Of a stretch of 64,000 nt of DNA, positions 10,151-21,970 are shown piece by piece. The DNA is taken from NCBI GenBank assembly GCA_020849295.1, contig JADLGN010000030.1, positions 75,692 to 139,691 on the forward strand, in the 5' to 3' direction. The translations under genes were made by a program, and so were the position numbers. The notes under the pieces are model-generated. The model saw nothing but the letters and a program-made list of their open reading frames with translations, ran no database searches and was not told the DNA's origin. The stretch is from Bacteroidia bacterium. GTDB taxonomy: Bacteria > Bacteroidota > Bacteroidia > NS11-12g > UBA9320. How positions within the stretch are numbered: position 1 is the first letter of the stretch; each line of letters begins with the position of its first letter.

Positions 10151-10466
10151 TATTTTACATTTTACGTTTTACATTTATAATTTTTCTATTTTTAATTGTA
10201 TTTGATAACTGTAAATTAAAAAATTGTATTTAAAAACATTTTACAACACTAAAAGTTTTTCCACAATAAAAAAAAAGTAATATCATTCTTTAAAACAATC
10301 TAAAAATTTAAAATCAAATTAAAATAATTACAAAATTAGTAAAAATATGTTACTGATTTTGTGCTAATTATATATTTTGTGGAAAAAATGTGTTTCAAAA
10401 TGTCATGAAGTGGAGATTTGTGTTTAATAATCATTTAATTTTACAGCAAGAAATTCAACAGGAAAA

Positions 10467-10928
10467 ATGCCTAAATTTATTGGAGAATTTGATGGAAAAT
10501 TGGATGCTAAAAGCAGGGTGGTAATACCTGTCGGCTTAAAAAAACAGCTACCAGAAAATTCTTTCAATCATCTGGTAATAAATCGTGGATTTGATAAATG
10601 TCTTGTAATTTACACCCGAACAGACTGGGAGCTTGAAACTCAAAAGCTTGAAGGTTTAGATTCATTTAATAAGGTTGATCGCCAATTTATTAGAATATTT
10701 AATAATGGAGCAACAGAAATAGGACTTGATACAGCAAACAGAATACTTATACCTAAAAAGCTACTGCTATATGCAGAAATAGAAAATGATGTAGTGCTTT
10801 ATGCATATAATAACAAAATAGAATTGTGGAGTAAGAAAAACTACGAAGCTCAAATGGATATTGATCCTGATGATTTTTCAAAAATGGCTGAAACAGTAAT
10901 GTCAAAACGCAAAAATGATGAACTCTGA
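10467..10928 (+). CDS. mraZ: Transcriptional regulator MraZ
   Basis: 153 aa. N-terminal KFIGEFDGKLDAKSRVVIPVGLKKQL duplicated-domain architecture. First gene of the dcw cluster. Confidence 0.9.
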   Translation: MPKFIGEFDGKLDAKSRVVIPVGLKKQLPENSFNHLVINRGFDKCLVIYTRTDWELETQKLEGLDSFNKVDRQFIRIFNNGATEIGLDTANRILIPKKLLLYAEIENDVVLYAYNNKIELWSKKNYEAQMDIDPDDFSKMAETVMSKRKNDEL

Positions 10929-11820
10929 GTACCACATACCTGTAATGCTTAAGCAATGTATAGAAGGTTTAATTATTAAACAAGGTGGAACTTATGTAGA
11001 TGCAACTTATGGCGGTGGCGGTCATTCAAGAGAAATATTAAAAAGTAAAAAAGTAAAGAGTCTGTACGCAATTGATCAAGATATAGATGCAAAGAGAAAT
11101 TTAATATTTGATAAGAGACTAAAGTTTATTAATCATAATTATAGATATATTTTCAGATTTCTTAAATATTACAATTCAATTCCTGCCGATGGTATATTGG
11201 CAGACTTAGGAATTTCTTCATTTCAAATTGACGAAAAATCAAAAGGATTCTCTTACCGCTTTGATGAAAAAATTGATATGAGAATGGATAAAGATTCTAT
11301 TCTTAACGCTTCGGTGGTTTTGAATGAATACAGTTATGACAAATTGAATAAAATTTTTAAAAGCTATGGAGAGCTAAAAAATTCTATAAAGATAACCAAC
11401 TTAATTACTCAATATAGAAATACAAAAAAAATTGATACTACAGGTGATTTGTTAAATGCTATTAAACCTGCAACACCCAAAAAAAATGAATACGCTTTTT
11501 TATCACAAGTTTTTCAAGCAATACGAATAGAGGTTAATAATGAAATAAAAAATCTTGAAATTTTTCTAAACGAATGTGTTAAGGTTTTAAAACCTAAAGG
11601 CAGATTAGTTATTATTTCATATCATTCACTTGAAGATAGATGTGTAAAAAACTTTATAAATACCGGAAACTTTGAAGGGAAAACAATAAAAGACTCTTTT
11701 GGAAATGTAATAAGACCATTTGAACCGGTGAATAAAAAAGTAATAATGCCTGATGGGGAAGAAATAAAAAAAAACCCAAGAGCAAGAAGTGCAAAATTGA
11801 GAATAGCCCAAAAAAACTAA
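10915..11820 (+). CDS. rsmH: 16S rRNA (cytosine1402-N4)-methyltransferase RsmH (MraW)
   Basis: HIPVMLKQCIEGLIIKQGGTYVDATYGGGGHSREIL. Follows mraZ with a 14-nt overlap. Confidence 0.9.
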   Translation: MMNSEYHIPVMLKQCIEGLIIKQGGTYVDATYGGGGHSREILKSKKVKSLYAIDQDIDAKRNLIFDKRLKFINHNYRYIFRFLKYYNSIPADGILADLGISSFQIDEKSKGFSYRFDEKIDMRMDKDSILNASVVLNEYSYDKLNKIFKSYGELKNSIKITNLITQYRNTKKIDTTGDLLNAIKPATPKKNEYAFLSQVFQAIRIEVNNEIKNLEIFLNECVKVLKPKGRLVIISYHSLEDRCVKNFINTGNFEGKTIKDSFGNVIRPFEPVNKKVIMPDGEEIKKNPRARSAKLRIAQKN

Positions 11821-11823
11821 AAA

Positions 11824-12141
11824 ATGTCTGAAAATATAGGAAATAAGGAAATAACTCAAAATATTAACCAGCAGATATTGGGACGAGAACAATTTGCCAG
11901 CTATTTGCCATTTATTTTATTTATAACTTTTATTTTTTTATTATATATTTATTTTTCACATCGTACTGATAGAAAAATCAGGAAAATTGACAAGTTGAAT
12001 AAAGAGGTAAAAGAACTCTACTCTGAAAATATAACTCTACAAACAGAAATACTAAACAAAACAAGAAGCTCATATCTAGAACCATTATTACTTAACTATG
12101 GAATAAAACCATCAACGACACAGCCTAAAATAATAAAATAA
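11824..12141 (+). CDS. ftsL: FtsL-like cell division protein (small bitopic membrane protein)
   Basis: 105 aa, single TM (YLPFILFITFIFLLYIYF) followed by a coiled-coil-like region. Sits between rsmH and ftsI. Confidence 0.6.
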   Translation: MSENIGNKEITQNINQQILGREQFASYLPFILFITFIFLLYIYFSHRTDRKIRKIDKLNKEVKELYSENITLQTEILNKTRSSYLEPLLLNYGIKPSTTQPKIIK

Positions 12142-12144
12142 ACT

Positions 12145-14244
12145 ATGTCAAATATTAAAAAGTCCATATTAATAAGAATTTTTGTAAGTTTTGGGACTGT
12201 ATTAATATTTGCTCTTTTTATAGTATGGAATATTATTAAAATTCAGTTTGTAGAGGGCAAAAAATGGAAAACATTAAATGACAGCCTTACTATTACATAT
12301 AAAGAAATAAAAGCAGTAAGAGGCAATATCTATTCTGATAATGGTTCATTGCTTGCCACTTCTGTACCTATTTACGAAATAAGACTTGACCTTGCTGTTA
12401 TAAATACAGATACTTTTAAAAAATACAAATATGAGCTTTCACAAAAGTTAGCATCAAAATTTAAAGACAAAAGTTATGGAAGCTATCTTTTGGAGCTAAA
12501 CAAAGCTAAAAATTCAAACAACAGATACTATTTGCTAAAAAACAAACTAAGTTATATTGATATAAAAGAAATACGAACTTGGCCAATAATAAACAAAGGC
12601 AGATATAAAGGAGGAGTGATTATTGAAGAAGATAATTATAGGGTTATGCCATTTAAAAATTTGCTTACAAGAACACTGGGATATACCACAAGTGGCAAAC
12701 AACAATTTAAAGTTGGGATTGAAGGAGCCTATAACGAAGATCTAAAAGGTATATCAGGAAAAAGATTGGTTAAAAAAATAGCCGGAGGGTACATTCCTTT
12801 AAATGATGAAAATGAAATGGAACCAACTGATGGGAAAGATATTTTTACTACAATTGATATAAACATTCAAGATATAGTCAATAATGAACTTTTAAAAGGT
12901 TTAAAATATCACAAAGCTCACCATGGTTGTGCTATATTAATGAAAGTAAAAACAGGAGAAATAAAAGCTATCGCAAACCTTACACTATCAAACGATGGCG
13001 AATATTATGAAAAATATAATTATGCTATTGGTGAAAGTTTTGAACCCGGCTCTACTTTTAAATTAGCTTCTGCTTTGGCACTTATTGAAAAAAATAAAAT
13101 AAATCTTAACGATTCTGTACTTATAAATTATGGTGAAATAAGCATAAATAAAAAACTTATGACTGATGCAGAACAATCAAAATACAAAACACAAAGTTTT
13201 GCTTTTGCTTTTGAACATTCATCAAATGTTGGAATTTCTACAGCCATTCAAAATTCTTTTTCTGAAAATCCTCAGGAATTTATCGACTATTTAAAAAAAT
13301 TGAATCTTAACAAACCTCTAAACATAGAAATTCCTGGTGAAGTAAAACCATTAATTAAAAATTATAGAAGCAAATACTGGAGCAATATCTCATTACCATG
13401 GATGTCTATTGGATATGAAGTAAAACTTACACCACTTCAAATTTTAAATTTATACAATTCAGTAGCAAATAATGGTACTATGCTTAAACCATATTTAATA
13501 AAATCTATTAAAAATAAAAATGAAACAATAAAAGAATTTGCACCACAAATTATTTCAGAAAAGATATCTGATGAAAATACTTTATCTAAAATCAAATTAT
13601 TGCTGTCAAACGTAGTAAAAAGTGGGACAGCCTCTAACATAAATAACAGCACAATTAAAATATCTGGAAAAACCGGAACTGCACGTATTTCTGATGGTAA
13701 AAGCTATTTTGAAAACGAATATTATTCATCATTTGCAGGTTACTTTCCTTCTGATAATCCTGAATATTCAATTATTGTAGTTGTTAACAGACCAAAAATT
13801 AACGGATACTACGGAGGAGTGGTAGCAGCACCTGTTGTAAAACAAATTGCTGAAAAAATTTATGGATATAATCCCGAAATTTTGAATAGTGCTGAAAATG
13901 AAAAATCAAAAAGACCTGCAAATTTGCCAGACTTTACAGGTTATTCAAAAACAATCATAAAATTCAACAAAAAGTTTTCAATTATAAGTCAATTAGAAAA
14001 TGAAAATAATAATGATTTGGTAAATATTAAAAAAGATAGTATTCATAAATCATTAAATACAAAAAACAAACTTAATGAAATGCCTGACTTAGTAGGAATG
14101 TGTTTAAAAGATGTATTGTTTTTACTTGAAAATAATAATATTAAAGTAAAGACTGAAGGTAAAGGCAAAGTATATTGGCAATCAGTGGAACCAGGCACAA
14201 ACATTGGTAAAGGCACTATAGTAACAATTAAAATGCAAATTTAA
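12145..14244 (+). CDS. ftsI: Penicillin-binding protein (FtsI/PBP3 transpeptidase) with C-terminal PASTA-like domain
   Basis: N-terminal TM, PBP dimerisation domain, transpeptidase SxxK (ESFEPGSTFKLASA), SxN (HSSN) and KTG(T) (GKTGTA) motifs. Confidence 0.9.
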   Translation: MSNIKKSILIRIFVSFGTVLIFALFIVWNIIKIQFVEGKKWKTLNDSLTITYKEIKAVRGNIYSDNGSLLATSVPIYEIRLDLAVINTDTFKKYKYELSQKLASKFKDKSYGSYLLELNKAKNSNNRYYLLKNKLSYIDIKEIRTWPIINKGRYKGGVIIEEDNYRVMPFKNLLTRTLGYTTSGKQQFKVGIEGAYNEDLKGISGKRLVKKIAGGYIPLNDENEMEPTDGKDIFTTIDINIQDIVNNELLKGLKYHKAHHGCAILMKVKTGEIKAIANLTLSNDGEYYEKYNYAIGESFEPGSTFKLASALALIEKNKINLNDSVLINYGEISINKKLMTDAEQSKYKTQSFAFAFEHSSNVGISTAIQNSFSENPQEFIDYLKKLNLNKPLNIEIPGEVKPLIKNYRSKYWSNISLPWMSIGYEVKLTPLQILNLYNSVANNGTMLKPYLIKSIKNKNETIKEFAPQIISEKISDENTLSKIKLLLSNVVKSGTASNINNSTIKISGKTGTARISDGKSYFENEYYSSFAGYFPSDNPEYSIIVVVNRPKINGYYGGVVAAPVVKQIAEKIYGYNPEILNSAENEKSKRPANLPDFTGYSKTIIKFNKKFSIISQLENENNNDLVNIKKDSIHKSLNTKNKLNEMPDLVGMCLKDVLFLLENNNIKVKTEGKGKVYWQSVEPGTNIGKGTIVTIKMQI

Positions 14245-15701
14245 TGAAAACTCTTGGAGCCATATTAAACAATATATCAGTAGTTTTTGATAAAAAACAT
14301 TCAAATATTTCAATAAATAAAATAAATTTTGATAGTAGATCTGTCCAATCATCTGATATTTATGTAGCTGTAAGCGGAACAATTTCAAACGGACACAACT
14401 ATATTAATGATGCTATATCAAAAGGTGCGTCAGCGGTGGTTTGCGAGTATATTCCACAAAATTGCCCCAAAGACTTTGCCTATATTATTTCAGAAAATTC
14501 AAGGAAAACACTTGCACAGATTTCAAGTAATTATTTTGACAATCCATCAAAAAAAATAAAACTAATTGGAGTTACCGGAACAAATGGTAAAACTACTGTA
14601 TGCACTTTATTATATAATCTATTTATTGAGCTTGGATATAAAACTGCTCTTATTTCTACTGTTCAAAATCTAATAAATGGAACAGAAATAAAAAGTACCC
14701 ATACCACTCCTGACCCTGTTTCATTAAACGAACTCTTACATGAAATGGTAGCAAAAAACTGTGAATTCTGTTTTATGGAAGTAAGCAGCCACGCAGTAGA
14801 ACAGTACAGAATAGAGAGCTTGGAATATACAGGAGCTGTATTTACAAATATTACCCACGACCATCTTGATTACCATAAAACTTTTAGCAATTATCTATCT
14901 GCAAAAAAGAAATTTTTCGACACTCTGCCATTACAAGCATTTGCTCTTACAAACAAAGATGATAAAAACGGGATGGTGATTTTGCAAAACACTAAAGCAA
15001 GCAAATATTCTTATAGCTTAAAGTCGATATCTGATTTTAAAGCTAAAATAATAGAGAGTGACTTATTAGGATTATTGCTTGAAATTGATACGATTCAGGC
15101 GTGGTATAATTTAATAGGTAAATTCAATGCATATAATTTACTGGCGGTATATGCAACAGCTTTCTTGCTCGGCTTAGACAAGAATTTAATAATTACAACT
15201 CTCACAAAAATAAAAGGAGCTAAAGGAAGATTTGAAGTTTTTAAAAGTCCAAAAGGTGTAGTAGGAATTGTTGATTACGCACATACACCTGATGCTTTAA
15301 AAAATGTACTTGAAACTATAAACCATATCAGAACAGGTAATGAAACACTTTTTACAATATTTGGTTGTGGAGGAAACAGAGACAATGAAAAAAGACCACT
15401 AATGGGTCAAATTGCAGCCGAACTAAGTGATAAAGTAATTATAACAAGCGATAATCCAAGAAATGAAAATCCTGATAATATAATTAATGAAATAAAAGGA
15501 GGCATCAAACCACAATTTTTTAACAAATCAATAATAATAAGCAACAGAGAAGAAGCAATAAATACCACTGTAAGTTTTGCTAAAAAAGGAGATATAATCT
15601 TATTGGCAGGCAAAGGTCATGAAAATTATCAGGAAATAAATGGGTTAAAAACACATTTTGATGATTCGGAAAAATTAAAATCAGCATTACAAATTAAATA
15701 A
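14244..15701 (+). CDS. murE: UDP-N-acetylmuramoyl-L-alanyl-D-glutamate--2,6-diaminopimelate ligase
   Basis: Mur ligase P-loop [14 protein letters not shown] motif (SDNPRNENP) specific to MurE. dcw position. Confidence 0.9.
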   Translation: MKTLGAILNNISVVFDKKHSNISINKINFDSRSVQSSDIYVAVSGTISNGHNYINDAISKGASAVVCEYIPQNCPKDFAYIISENSRKTLAQISSNYFDNPSKKIKLIGVTGTNGKTTVCTLLYNLFIELGYKTALISTVQNLINGTEIKSTHTTPDPVSLNELLHEMVAKNCEFCFMEVSSHAVEQYRIESLEYTGAVFTNITHDHLDYHKTFSNYLSAKKKFFDTLPLQAFALTNKDDKNGMVILQNTKASKYSYSLKSISDFKAKIIESDLLGLLLEIDTIQAWYNLIGKFNAYNLLAVYATAFLLGLDKNLIITTLTKIKGAKGRFEVFKSPKGVVGIVDYAHTPDALKNVLETINHIRTGNETLFTIFGCGGNRDNEKRPLMGQIAAELSDKVIITSDNPRNENPDNIINEIKGGIKPQFFNKSIIISNREEAINTTVSFAKKGDIILLAGKGHENYQEINGLKTHFDDSEKLKSALQIK

Positions 15702-15708
15702 GAATATC

Positions 15709-16965
15709 ATGCTATACTATCTATTTGAATACATAGACAAATATTATGAGCTACCTGGTGCAGGAGTATTTAAGTTTATAACTTTCAGAGCAGGCTTAGC
15801 AATAATTCTATCACTTACTATATCGCTCATTTTTGGCAAAAATCTTATAGAGCTTTTAAGAAAGAAACAACTTGCCGAAACAATAAGGCAACTTGGACTT
15901 GAAGGCGAAGATGTGAAAAAGGGTACACCAACTATGGGTGGTTTAATAATAATAGCAGCTACCCTTATTCCGACTCTTCTTTTTGCAAGGTTAGTAAATG
16001 TTTATATAGTTCTGATGATAGTTACAACTGTATGGTTAGGACTAATTGGCTTTTTAGATGATTATATTAAAATTTTTAGAAAAAATAAAGAAGGTTTAGC
16101 TGGGCGATTTAAAATAGCAGGACAAATAAGCATAGGTCTTATAGTTGGGCTAACACTATATTATCACAAAAGTGTAGTTGTAAGAGAAACTTTTTCTGAA
16201 AATGAAATAAAAAACGAAATTTCATCAGATAATCTTAACAAAACAACTTTAAATGGCAAAACAGTTTATTTAAAAGACGTTAAATCTACAGTTACAACGA
16301 TACCATTTTTTAAATCTCATGAATTTGATTATTCTAAAATTCTCTTTTTTATGAGTAGCGAAAAAGCAGACAAATACACATGGATAGTATATGTTTTGGC
16401 TGTAATTTTTATAATAACAGCCGTATCAAACGGCGCTAACATAACAGATGGAATTGATGGTTTGGCGGCAGGGAGTTCGGCTATTGTAGGAGCTACACTT
16501 GCATTGCTTGCATTTCTTTCGGGCAATCTTATTTTTTCTGATTATTTAAATATAATGTATTTACCCAATCAGGGTGAACTTACTATTTTTCTGGCATCGT
16601 TTGTAGGTGCATGCATTGGCTTTTTATGGTACAATTCATATCCGGCACAAGTATTTATGGGCGATACCGGAAGTTTGTCAATTGGGGGTATCATAGCTGT
16701 AATTGCTATAATTTTAAGAAAAGAACTCCTTATACCAATACTATGCGGTATTTTCTTAGTTGAAAATTTAAGTGTAATTGTTCAAGTAAGTTACTTTAAA
16801 TATACCAAAAAAAGGTTGGGTGAAGGCAAAAGAATTTTTAAAATGTCGCCACTTCATCATCATTATCAAAAATCAGGTTATGCAGAGCCAAAAATTGTAA
16901 CAAGATTTTGGATAGTTGGCATTATGCTGGCTCTTTTCACTATTCTAACTTTTAAAATAAGATAA
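15709..16965 (+). CDS. mraY: Phospho-N-acetylmuramoyl-pentapeptide transferase
   Basis: Multi-TM protein with [26 protein letters not shown] and PLHHH motifs. Confidence 0.9.
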   Translation: MLYYLFEYIDKYYELPGAGVFKFITFRAGLAIILSLTISLIFGKNLIELLRKKQLAETIRQLGLEGEDVKKGTPTMGGLIIIAATLIPTLLFARLVNVYIVLMIVTTVWLGLIGFLDDYIKIFRKNKEGLAGRFKIAGQISIGLIVGLTLYYHKSVVVRETFSENEIKNEISSDNLNKTTLNGKTVYLKDVKSTVTTIPFFKSHEFDYSKILFFMSSEKADKYTWIVYVLAVIFIITAVSNGANITDGIDGLAAGSSAIVGATLALLAFLSGNLIFSDYLNIMYLPNQGELTIFLASFVGACIGFLWYNSYPAQVFMGDTGSLSIGGIIAVIAIILRKELLIPILCGIFLVENLSVIVQVSYFKYTKKRLGEGKRIFKMSPLHHHYQKSGYAEPKIVTRFWIVGIMLALFTILTFKIR

Positions 16966-16968
16966 AAT

Positions 16969-18312
16969 ATGGCAAAAAGATTGGTAATATTAGGTGCAGG
17001 AGAAAGTGGATGGGGTTCAGCATTGTTGGGTATTACCAAAGGCTTTGAAACTTTTGTAAGTGATGCCGGAAAAATAAAAGATGAGTATATTAAAAAACTA
17101 AACGAATTGGGTGTAAGCTGGGAAAGTGGCAATCATACCGAATCAAAAATATTAAATGCCGACTTAATTATAAAAAGTCCTGGAATTCCTGAAAAAGCTG
17201 ATATAATTAAAAAATCAATAAAAAACAGAATTGAAATAATTTCTGAAATTGAGTTTGCTGCGAGATATGCAAAAGCAAACTTAATTGGTATTACAGGCAC
17301 AAATGGAAAAACTACAACTTCTATGCTCACCTATCATTTACTTAAAAGCAATGATATAAGTGTAGGATTAGCCGGCAATATAGGAAAAAGTTTTGCAGCC
17401 CAAGTAGCAAACAATGAATTTGAAAATTATGTAATTGAACTCAGCAGTTTTCAGTTAGATGGCATGTACAATACCAAAATAAAATATGCTGTTTTAACAA
17501 ACATAACTCCGGACCATCTAGACAGATATGATTACAATATCAATAATTACATTTCATCAAAATTCAGAATTACAGCAAACCAAACAGAAACTGACAGTTT
17601 CATATACTGTGATGACGATGCACTTACTACCAAAAATTTAATTTTAAATAAAGGAAAAGCCATAGCATTTCCTTTTTCAATAAACCATGAGGTTCAGAAC
17701 GGAGCCTTTTTAAATGGTAAAGAAATTATCGTTCGACTTAACAATTTAAACAAAGAATTTATTATGCCAATCAATCAATTAACCATTAGTGGAAAACACA
17801 ACATTTACAACAGCATGGCAGCATTAATTGTTGCAAATTCGTATGAAATCAGAAATGAGTCAATCAGACTAAGTTTTTCTGATTTTGCCAATGTAGAACA
17901 TCGAATGGAATGGGTAGCAAGAATCAAAGGAGTTGATTTTATCAACGATTCAAAAGCTACAAATGTAAATTCAGCTTGGTATGCTTTAGAAAGTATGGAC
18001 ACTCCGGTAGTATGGATTGTTGGTGGAACAGACAAAGGCAACGATTACTCTATGTTAAAAAATCTTGTTAAAGATAAAGTTAGAGTAATTGTGTGCATGG
18101 GCATTGACAATACAAAAATCCATCAGGCATTTGCAAACGATGTTGATATGATTGTAAATACCGATAGTGCACAAGAAGCCGTAAACGCTGCATATCGCTT
18201 TTCTGAAAAAGGTGATACAGTTCTACTTTCTCCGGCATGTGCAAGTTTCGACCTCTTTGATGATTATCAAGACAGGGGAAATCAATTTAAAAAATTTGTT
18301 AAAGAACTTTAA
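16969..18312 (+). CDS. murD: UDP-N-acetylmuramoylalanine--D-glutamate ligase
   Basis: N-terminal Rossmann fold VILGAGESG. Mur ligase P-loop [10 protein letters not shown]. dcw position. Confidence 0.9.
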   Translation: MAKRLVILGAGESGWGSALLGITKGFETFVSDAGKIKDEYIKKLNELGVSWESGNHTESKILNADLIIKSPGIPEKADIIKKSIKNRIEIISEIEFAARYAKANLIGITGTNGKTTTSMLTYHLLKSNDISVGLAGNIGKSFAAQVANNEFENYVIELSSFQLDGMYNTKIKYAVLTNITPDHLDRYDYNINNYISSKFRITANQTETDSFIYCDDDALTTKNLILNKGKAIAFPFSINHEVQNGAFLNGKEIIVRLNNLNKEFIMPINQLTISGKHNIYNSMAALIVANSYEIRNESIRLSFSDFANVEHRMEWVARIKGVDFINDSKATNVNSAWYALESMDTPVVWIVGGTDKGNDYSMLKNLVKDKVRVIVCMGIDNTKIHQAFANDVDMIVNTDSAQEAVNAAYRFSEKGDTVLLSPACASFDLFDDYQDRGNQFKKFVKEL

Positions 18313-18349
18313 AATATGGTATCATTATACTAAGATAAAATTTTAATAA

Positions 18350-19531
18350 ATGGGAATAAGAAACTGGACAGCAAAAAATTTGCAGGGAGACTATATAATT
18401 TGGATGATAGTACTATTTATCTCCATTTTTGGAATGCTTGCTGTCTATAGTTCTACAGGTACACTAGCTTTTTCAAAGCAAGGCGGCAATACCGAATTTT
18501 ACTTATTAAAACAATCTATAATGTTATTATTGGGTCTGTTTATTATGTGGGTGGCTCATTTGTTAGATTATAAATATTACTCAAGAATATCACAAATTTT
18601 ACTATTTATATCTATTCCATTATTAGTTTACACCTTATTATTTGGTACTAATGTAAATGATGCAAGGCGTTGGATTACTATTCCTCTTGTGGGGTTATCA
18701 TTTCAAACATCTGATATTGCAAAATTAGCATTGATAATGTTCATCGCAAGATTTTTATCTCGCAAACAAGATAGTATTGATAACAAAAAAACAACTCTTT
18801 TCCCAATTCTATTAAGCATAATTGTAGTTTGCGGATTAATAGCCCCATCTAATCTTTCTACTGCTTTAGTTCTGTTTGCAACAAGTATTTTACTATTATT
18901 TATTGGGAGAATACCTGTAATATCTATTTGTATATTAACTTTTTCAGCAATTGTAATTTTTGCAATAATGGTATTAGTAATTATAAACCTTCCGGGGCAA
19001 GGCAGAGTAAAAACCTGGAAAGCAAGAGTTGAAAATTTTATAGAAAAAGACAATAATTCACTGAATTATCAGGCAGTACAAGCAAAAATAGCTATAGCAA
19101 AAGGTGGTATTATCGGTATAGGACCCGGCAATAGCACTCAAAAAAACTTCTTACCTTCACCCTATGCAGATTTTATTTTTGCTATAATAATTGAAGAATA
19201 TGGATTAATAGGGGCTTTGATATTAATTGCTTTGTATATTGCTTTTCTATTAAGGAGTATAAGAATTGTTATCAAAAGTCCTAAAGCTTTTGGGGCATTG
19301 CTTGCAGTAGGCTTAGCTTTTAGTTTGGTAATTCCGGCTTTGATAAACATGGGTGTGGCTGTAAATATATTTCCTGTAACAGGTTTACCGCTTCCTCTTG
19401 TAAGTATGGGAGGCACTTCTACAATTTTTACAAGTTTGGCATTTGGTATAATTTTAAGTGTGAGTCGAAATATTGAAAATAACGAAATAAAACCTCAAGA
19501 AGAAGTAATTCAAACAAATGAAAACGTATAA
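18350..19531 (+). CDS. ftsW: Peptidoglycan glycosyltransferase FtsW (SEDS family)
   Basis: 10-TM FtsW/RodA/SpoVE-family sequence between murD and murG. Confidence 0.85.
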   Translation: MGIRNWTAKNLQGDYIIWMIVLFISIFGMLAVYSSTGTLAFSKQGGNTEFYLLKQSIMLLLGLFIMWVAHLLDYKYYSRISQILLFISIPLLVYTLLFGTNVNDARRWITIPLVGLSFQTSDIAKLALIMFIARFLSRKQDSIDNKKTTLFPILLSIIVVCGLIAPSNLSTALVLFATSILLLFIGRIPVISICILTFSAIVIFAIMVLVIINLPGQGRVKTWKARVENFIEKDNNSLNYQAVQAKIAIAKGGIIGIGPGNSTQKNFLPSPYADFIFAIIIEEYGLIGALILIALYIAFLLRSIRIVIKSPKAFGALLAVGLAFSLVIPALINMGVAVNIFPVTGLPLPLVSMGGTSTIFTSLAFGIILSVSRNIENNEIKPQEEVIQTNENV

Positions 19532-20597
19532 ATTCTTAATTTCTGGCGGAGGTACCGGTGGACATATTTTTCCGGCAATAGCTATTGCAAATAGTTTAAA
19601 AAAACGCTTTGAAAATTCACAAATAGAGTTTGTAGGTGCAAATGACAGAATGGAAATGGAAAAAGTACCGGCAGCAGGGTACAAAATACATGGGTTAACA
19701 ATTACTGGATTTCAACGAAGTTTTTCTGTAAAAAATCTATTTTTCCCATTCAAGGTTGTTAAAAGTATTATTGATTGTTATTTTATTTTAAAAAAATTTA
19801 TGCCTGACATAGTAATTGGTACTGGCGGTTTTGCAAGCGGGCCACTACTAAAAGTTGCAACATGGTTAAATATTCCTACCTTAATACAAGAACAAAACAG
19901 TTTTGCAGGAGTTACTAATAAAATTTTAGGAAATAAAGTTAGCAGTATTTGTATAGGTTTTGAAAAAGCAAAGGTTTATTTTCCACAGTCAAAAACAATA
20001 TTTACTGGCAATCCTGTAAGACAAAAAATAATTAATTTGCCTGATAGAGAAATAGCTTTTGAAACACTTAATTTAGATAAAGCCTTAAAAACAATATTAA
20101 TTATAGGTGGAAGTCTTGGTGCAAAATCAATAAATGAAGCAGTAGAAAATAGTTTAAGCAAATTTAATGATTCAAAAATTCAACTTATATGGCAAACCGG
20201 TAAAAATTACGAAACTTCAAGTTCTCCAAAGTATGGGGTTAAATTAAAATTTATTGAAAATATGGAATATGCTTATTCTGCTTCTGATTTAATAATTTCA
20301 AGAGCTGGAGCTATAGCCATATCAGAACTTTGCCTTGTTGGAAAACCGACTATATTAGTCCCTTCGCCTAATGTTGCCGAAGATCATCAAACTAAAAATG
20401 CAAAGGCTCTTACAGAAAAAAATGCGGCAATATTGGTAAATGACAACGAAATAATAGTAAATATTTTTTACAAAAGTATTGAACTGTTGAATGATGAAAT
20501 TCAAAAATCACTTCTTTCATCAAATATTAAAAAAATGGGAATGCCTGAAGCTACAGAAAACATAGTAAATGAAATAGAAAAATTACTTAAAAATTGA
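19518..20597 (+). CDS. murG: UDP-N-acetylglucosamine--N-acetylmuramyl-(pentapeptide) pyrophosphoryl-undecaprenol N-acetylglucosamine transferase
   Basis: FLISGGGTGGHIFPAIAIA N-terminal G-rich loop typical of MurG. dcw position. Confidence 0.9.
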   Translation: MKTYKFLISGGGTGGHIFPAIAIANSLKKRFENSQIEFVGANDRMEMEKVPAAGYKIHGLTITGFQRSFSVKNLFFPFKVVKSIIDCYFILKKFMPDIVIGTGGFASGPLLKVATWLNIPTLIQEQNSFAGVTNKILGNKVSSICIGFEKAKVYFPQSKTIFTGNPVRQKIINLPDREIAFETLNLDKALKTILIIGGSLGAKSINEAVENSLSKFNDSKIQLIWQTGKNYETSSSPKYGVKLKFIENMEYAYSASDLIISRAGAIAISELCLVGKPTILVPSPNVAEDHQTKNAKALTEKNAAILVNDNEIIVNIFYKSIELLNDEIQKSLLSSNIKKMGMPEATENIVNEIEKLLKN

Positions 20598-21970
20598 ATT
20601 TGAAGGATTATAAATATTTTTACTTTATAGGTGTAGGAGGCATTGGAATGAGTGCTATTGCAAGATATTTGAAAAGCAACGGGAAAACAATATCAGGATA
20701 CGACAGAGTAAAATCTAAACTATGCGAAGAATTAGAAAACGAAGGAATTAAAATTTACTATAAAGACGATGTTGAGCAAATAAAAATTACAGACTCAAAT
20801 GTACAAAACTCACTTGTAATTTACACGCCGGCTATCCCAAATACAAGTAAAATTATAACTTACTTTAGGCAAAATAATTTTACAATATGTAAAAGGTCTC
20901 AAATTCTTGGCTTAATTACTCAAAATAGTTTTAATATATCTGTTGCCGGTACTCATGGCAAAACGACAACTTCATCACTTATAGCTCACTTGCTAAATGT
21001 TGCCGACAAACAATTTGCAGCTTTTTTGGGAGGAATTAGTGTAAATCTTAACAGTAATTACTTTAATACAAATAAATCAAACAATAAATCAATAACTGTA
21101 ACTGAAGCTGACGAATACGACAGATCTTTTCTTACATTAAGTCCTGATATAGCAATCATAACATCTATGGATGCTGACCATCTTGATATATATGGTACTG
21201 CTGGAGAATTAAAAAAAACATTTTTTGATTTTATAGAAAAAATCAAACCAGATGGTCGCTTAATTATTAATAATAAATTAGAACCAGTTTATCCTAAAAA
21301 TATACAAATTGAGACTTATGGCTTAGATAAAGGCGATTATCATGCAAAAAATATACGAATTGAAAATAGCCGATTTGTTTTTGACTTTGAATACAAAAAC
21401 GAAACATGGGCTAATGTTTTACTTGGAATACCTGGTATTCATAACGTAGAAAATGCAGTTTCTGCAATTGCTGTTTGTCTTTCAATTGGTATTGAAAAAG
21501 AAACAATTATCAAAGGTCTTAAAAGTTTTTTGGGTGTAAAACGCAGGTTTGAATATATAATTAACAATGAAAAAACTGTATTTATTGATGACTATGCACA
21601 TCATCCAAGTGAAATAGAAGCATTGCTTAAATCAGTAAAAATATTATATAAAAACAAGAAAACAGTAGGAGTATTTCAGCCACATTTATATAGCCGTACT
21701 CGTGATTTTGCTGAAGATTTTGCAAAAAGTCTTAGTTTACTTGATACTTGTATTTTACTCGATATATATCCTGCAAGAGAACTGCCAATCAACGGCGTTA
21801 GTTCAGAATTACTATTTGAAAAAATCACTTCAACCCATAAATATTTATGCACAAAAGAAAATTTAAATTTAATTATTAATAAGATAAAACCCTCTTTATT
21901 GATAACAATTGGTGCAGGTGATATTGATACATGTATTCCTTCATTAAAAAAAATTCTTATTAATGAATAA
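20594..21970 (+). CDS. murC: UDP-N-acetylmuramate--L-alanine ligase
   Basis: YFIGVGGIGMSAIA N-terminal motif and Mur P-loop GTHGKTTT. Confidence 0.9.
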   Translation: MNLKDYKYFYFIGVGGIGMSAIARYLKSNGKTISGYDRVKSKLCEELENEGIKIYYKDDVEQIKITDSNVQNSLVIYTPAIPNTSKIITYFRQNNFTICKRSQILGLITQNSFNISVAGTHGKTTTSSLIAHLLNVADKQFAAFLGGISVNLNSNYFNTNKSNNKSITVTEADEYDRSFLTLSPDIAIITSMDADHLDIYGTAGELKKTFFDFIEKIKPDGRLIINNKLEPVYPKNIQIETYGLDKGDYHAKNIRIENSRFVFDFEYKNETWANVLLGIPGIHNVENAVSAIAVCLSIGIEKETIIKGLKSFLGVKRRFEYIINNEKTVFIDDYAHHPSEIEALLKSVKILYKNKKTVGVFQPHLYSRTRDFAEDFAKSLSLLDTCILLDIYPARELPINGVSSELLFEKITSTHKYLCTKENLNLIINKIKPSLLITIGAGDIDTCIPSLKKILINE